Of a stretch of DNA of 64,000 nucleotides, positions 60,924 through 64,000 are shown piece after piece. The notes beneath the pieces were generated by a model, which made no database searches, had not been told where the DNA came from, and saw only the letters and a list, made by a program, of their open reading frames with translations. How positions within the stretch are numbered: the stretch's first letter is position 1; each line of letters opens with the position of its first letter. This DNA comes from Anas platyrhynchos (taxonomy: Eukaryota). The DNA lies in assembly GCF_047663525.1 (NCBI RefSeq), contig NC_092619.1:4629441-4693440 (forward strand). Direction: 5' to 3'. A program made the translations under genes and the position numbers.

Positions 60924-61069
60924 GTGAGCAGCACTGGTGTGTCGCTGGCCCCGCAAAGGATCCTTTACTCCAGGAAACCCCAGAGGCCTCTGTGCTGGGC
61001 AGAACTTGTGTATGGCTGGGGGCAATAGAGGGCATTAGCCATGATCTGTCTCGGGATCATGGAATCACA

Positions 61070-61910
61070 GAATGTTTTGGGTTGGAGGGGACCCTAAAGG
61101 TCATCTAGTTTCAAGCCCCCTGCCATGTGCAGGGACACCTCCCAGCAGACCAGGTTGCCCAAAGCCCCATCCAAGCTGGCCTGGAGCACTTCCAGGTATG
61201 AGGCATCCACCACGTCTCTGGGCAACCTGCGCCAGAGCCTCACCACCCTCCGAGTGAAGAATTTCTTCTGAGTATCTAATCTAAACCTACCCTCTTTTAG
61301 TTTAAAACCATTACTCCTTGTCCTATCACTACACTCGCAGAGAAAGAGCCCCCCCAGAGCTTTTCTGCAGGCCCCCTTTAAGTACTGAGAGGCCACAATG
61401 AGGTGTCCCTGGCGCCTCCTCTTCTCCACGCTGGACAACCCCAGCTCCCTCAGCCTGTCTTCACTCCTGCCCTTTGATCATCGTTGTGGCCCTCCTCTAG
61501 ACTTGTTCTAATAGGTCCATGTCCTTCTGGTGCTGGGGGCCCCAGAGCCGACCACAGGGCTCCAGGTGGGGTCTCACCAGAGCAGAGCAGAGCAGAGGGG
61601 GAGAATCACCTTCCTTGCCCTGCTGGCTACGCTGCTTTTGATGCAGACCAGGGTACAGTTGCCTTTTGGGGCTGCAGGTGCACATTGCTGGCTCACGTCA
61701 AGCTTCTCGTCAACCAGCACCCCGAGGTCCTTCTCCTCAGGGCTGTTCTCAATCTGTTCTTCACCTGGCCTGTGTTTGTCCTTGGGACTGCCCCAGCCCA
61801 GATGCAGGACCTTGCACTTGGCCTTGTTGAACTTTGCGGCTGGACAGAACCGTCCCTGGGCCTTATGCTCAGTGGGCTGGATGGACCCAGAGGCTTAGCA
61901 TGCAGTGTAG
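61070..61910 (-). mobile_element. CR1 3' portion (minus), ORF2 C-terminus reaching the element terminus
   Basis: - strand ORF 61094..61438 reads ...SDRTRSNGFKLKEGRFRLDTQKKFFTRRVVRLWRRLPRDVVDASYLEVLQASLDGALGNLVCWEVSLHMAGGLKLDDL. Terminus at atcacagaatgttttgggttggaggggaccc. The region 61440-61900 continues into the CR1 RT C-terminal region. Confidence 0.85.
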
Positions 61911-62554
61911 ACAGGGGTTCTGATGCCATACAGACCCCCAGGATCCCCATAGGACTGGGTCCAGAGGTCTACGGGCACCCCAGGGTAGCTGCACGCTGGG
62001 CAAGGGGCTCTGGGTGCCGTACGGACCCCAAGAGAGCCGAGTCCTGCTGGGGGTGTATTGGGGGCTGGGGGTGGGCTCCGATTCCCTGCTTCATCCTCTG
62101 ATCTTTTGAGAGACCTGGTGGGGACGAGGCCTCTCTCGTGTCCCCACGGATGCTGGGCGATCGCGTCTTGCGCTTTGTCTTTCAGGCCCACAGATTGTGA
62201 TGAACCCCCATCCTGTCCCCCCCCAGTTACATGAAGAGACGGTCATCCCTGGATCGTGCTGCCAGATCCTCTGGATGATATGGCCCATTTCCCCTCCGTC
62301 TGCAATAAACACCTTCAGCAAAGCTACCATATGTGTGCTGGTGTGTGCCCCTCTCCTCTGCTGGTGACTGGAATGCCTGGGTCCTTTCTGGCAGCACCAC
62401 TGCAGTGAGCAGACTGGCTGAGGGGAAAGCTGGGAGCCCAGAGGCCTGTGTTTCTCTGTTGGGCAGATTCCCCCTCCCACGCTTCCCACCTGCCATATGC
62501 CCCCAGTTTAGGGCAGATCGGGGCAAAGTGAAGCATGGGACTAAGGGTGGATTC

Positions 62555-62720
62555 AAGAGAGGTAGCAGTACAATGGAGGCTGTCTACGGGCCGCCCGACC
62601 AGGAAGACCAAGCAGATAAGGCCTTTTATAGGCAGTTGGAAGCAACCTCACATTCACAAGCCCTGGTCTTCATGGGAGACGTCAACCACTGCACATCTGT
62701 TGGAGGGACAGCACAGCAGG
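62555..62720 (+). mobile_element. CR1-like endonuclease-domain fragment
   Basis: VYGPPDQEDQADKAFYRQLEATSHSQALVFMGDVNH resembles CR1 ORF2 VCYRLPNQDEETDEEFYRQLTEVAKSSALVLVGNFNF. Confidence 0.5.
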
Positions 62721-63894
62721 GCATAAGCAATCTAAGAGCTTCCCGGAATGCATTGGTGATAACCTCCTCCTCCAAGAGTGTCGTGGTTTTACTCAGGTGG
62801 GCAGCTGAGCTCCACCACATCTGCTCTCTCACTCCCATACCTCAAAGGGAAAGGGGGAGAAAATACGATGAAAAGGGCTCATGGCTTGAGATAAGGCCAA
62901 GGAGATTGCCACGGGCAATATGGACTCAGTGGAGAGAGATTAGAGAAATGTATTGCCTGTTACTAACAAGCTAGAGAAGTGAGAAACAGAGAAAACAAAT
63001 TAAAACCACCTTCCACCCCATCCGCTCTCTTCCACCTGCTCCCCCCCATGCAGCACAGACAAACAGGGAATAGGGGTTGTGGTCAGTTTATGGCACTTTG
63101 TCTCCGCCACTCCTTCTCGGTCACTCTCTGCCCCTGCTCCAAAGTGGGATACCTCCCATGGGATGCAGTCCTTTCCAAAAAGGATCCTGCGTGGGCTTCC
63201 CACAGGCAGCAGCACTTCGAGAACTGCTCCAAGTATGGGTCCGTACCATGGGATCCATCCATCAGCAGCAAACTGCTCCAGGATGGGACCCCATGGGTGG
63301 CAGCTCCCCCCAGGTCCCCTGTTCCTGCAGAGGCTCCTCTCCACGGGCTGCAGGTCTGACCTGGAGTCTGCTCCAGCAGGGGTTCTCCACAGGCCACAGC
63401 CTCCTTCAGGTCAGATCCATTGTGGGCTCCTTCCCTGGCTGCATCATGGAGCTCTGCGCCGCTGTGGTACACCATGGGCTGCAGGGGGACAGCCTGCTCC
63501 ACCAGGGACCTCTCCACAGGCTGCAGGGGAACTGCTGCTGTGAGCCTGGAGCACCTCCTGCCCTCCTGCTGCACTGACCTCGGAGTCTGCAGGGCTGTTT
63601 ATCACTCCTCTGTCTCACTGGTGCTGATGTGCAGCAGTTTTCTTTCCTTTCTTAAATCTGCTTTCTCAGAGGCATAGACTGCAGAGCCTGAGTTTATACA
63701 ATATCAGTCCCCCCCTTTTCTGGAAAATCTAGTAAATTCTTTTACTTAATACAAATATTTTTCTTCCCAGTCTTTATGGTATGTACCCCTCAATACCTTG
63801 CCATGCACTTTTGTCAAGGAAGCTAACACGGACATTCGTTGTAACAATTTCCAATTCCAAACAAATATTACAAAAGACAATATTAAACTTATTC

Positions 63895-64000
63895 TGGCCC
63901 TTCTTGGAGATGGGTGACCCAGTTGCTAGCCACCAGTCGACTGGAAGAGGTTCTTCACCCAGAGGGCTGTTGTGCACTGGCACCGGCTCCCCAGGGACGC
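63895..64000 (+). mobile_element. CR1 fragment (ORF2 C-terminal region), truncated by the window edge
   Basis: ...RGSSPRGLLCTGTGSPG in the frame FFTQRAVVHWHRLPRD, typical of the CR1 ORF2 C-terminus. Confidence 0.6.

Noticed and set aside
63080-63680. Overlapping ORFs on both strands with ...PWAAGGQPAPPG... translations
   Set aside because: It resembles an avian interspersed repeat seen from memory, with ccatgggctgcagggg... motifs. Both strands are open and there is no domain, so it is likely repeat-derived non-coding sequence.

Overview
This window is vertebrate, almost certainly avian, nuclear DNA; CR1 LINE fragments are everywhere and some introns are very GC-rich. It is not prokaryotic, so operon- or CRISPR-type features do not apply. 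Three gene-level features are supported directly by sequence. (1) ACADM (medium-chain acyl-CoA dehydrogenase) lies on the + strand with 12 coding exons from 843 to 14171 behind a CpG-island promoter. All splice junctions and reading phases were checked by hand, and the CDS totals 1272 nt, or 423 aa. (2) MVP (major vault protein) lies on the - strand with 16 coding segments from 39459 down to 24635. Its CpG-island promoter sits at about 40.0-40.6 kb and an AATAAA signal at 24545..24540; the CDS is 2565 nt, or 854 aa. The MVP introns are packed with GC-rich minisatellites, one of which is built from copies of the exon-6 acceptor junction, and also hold CR1 and LTR-like insertions and a pseudo-exon duplication. 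(3) Between 42.7 and 64 kb lies a repeat-rich accessory-like region with at least ten CR1 fragments. One of these (55.3-57.8 kb) keeps an intact 453-codon ORF1 with an esterase-like domain plus the ORF2 endonuclease domain, but is 3'-truncated. The same region holds a decayed terminal exon of a DDX19/DDX25-like DEAD-box helicase and a compact three-exon candidate gene at 59.7-60.9 kb. The candidate encodes a 70-aa secreted prepropeptide with dibasic processing sites that I could not match to any known peptide family; it is the best novel-element candidate in the window. ACADM next to MVP is unexpected from human gene order, where MVP is at 16p11.2 and the ACADM neighbour is RABGGTB, so it should be checked as either a lineage-specific rearrangement or an assembly join.
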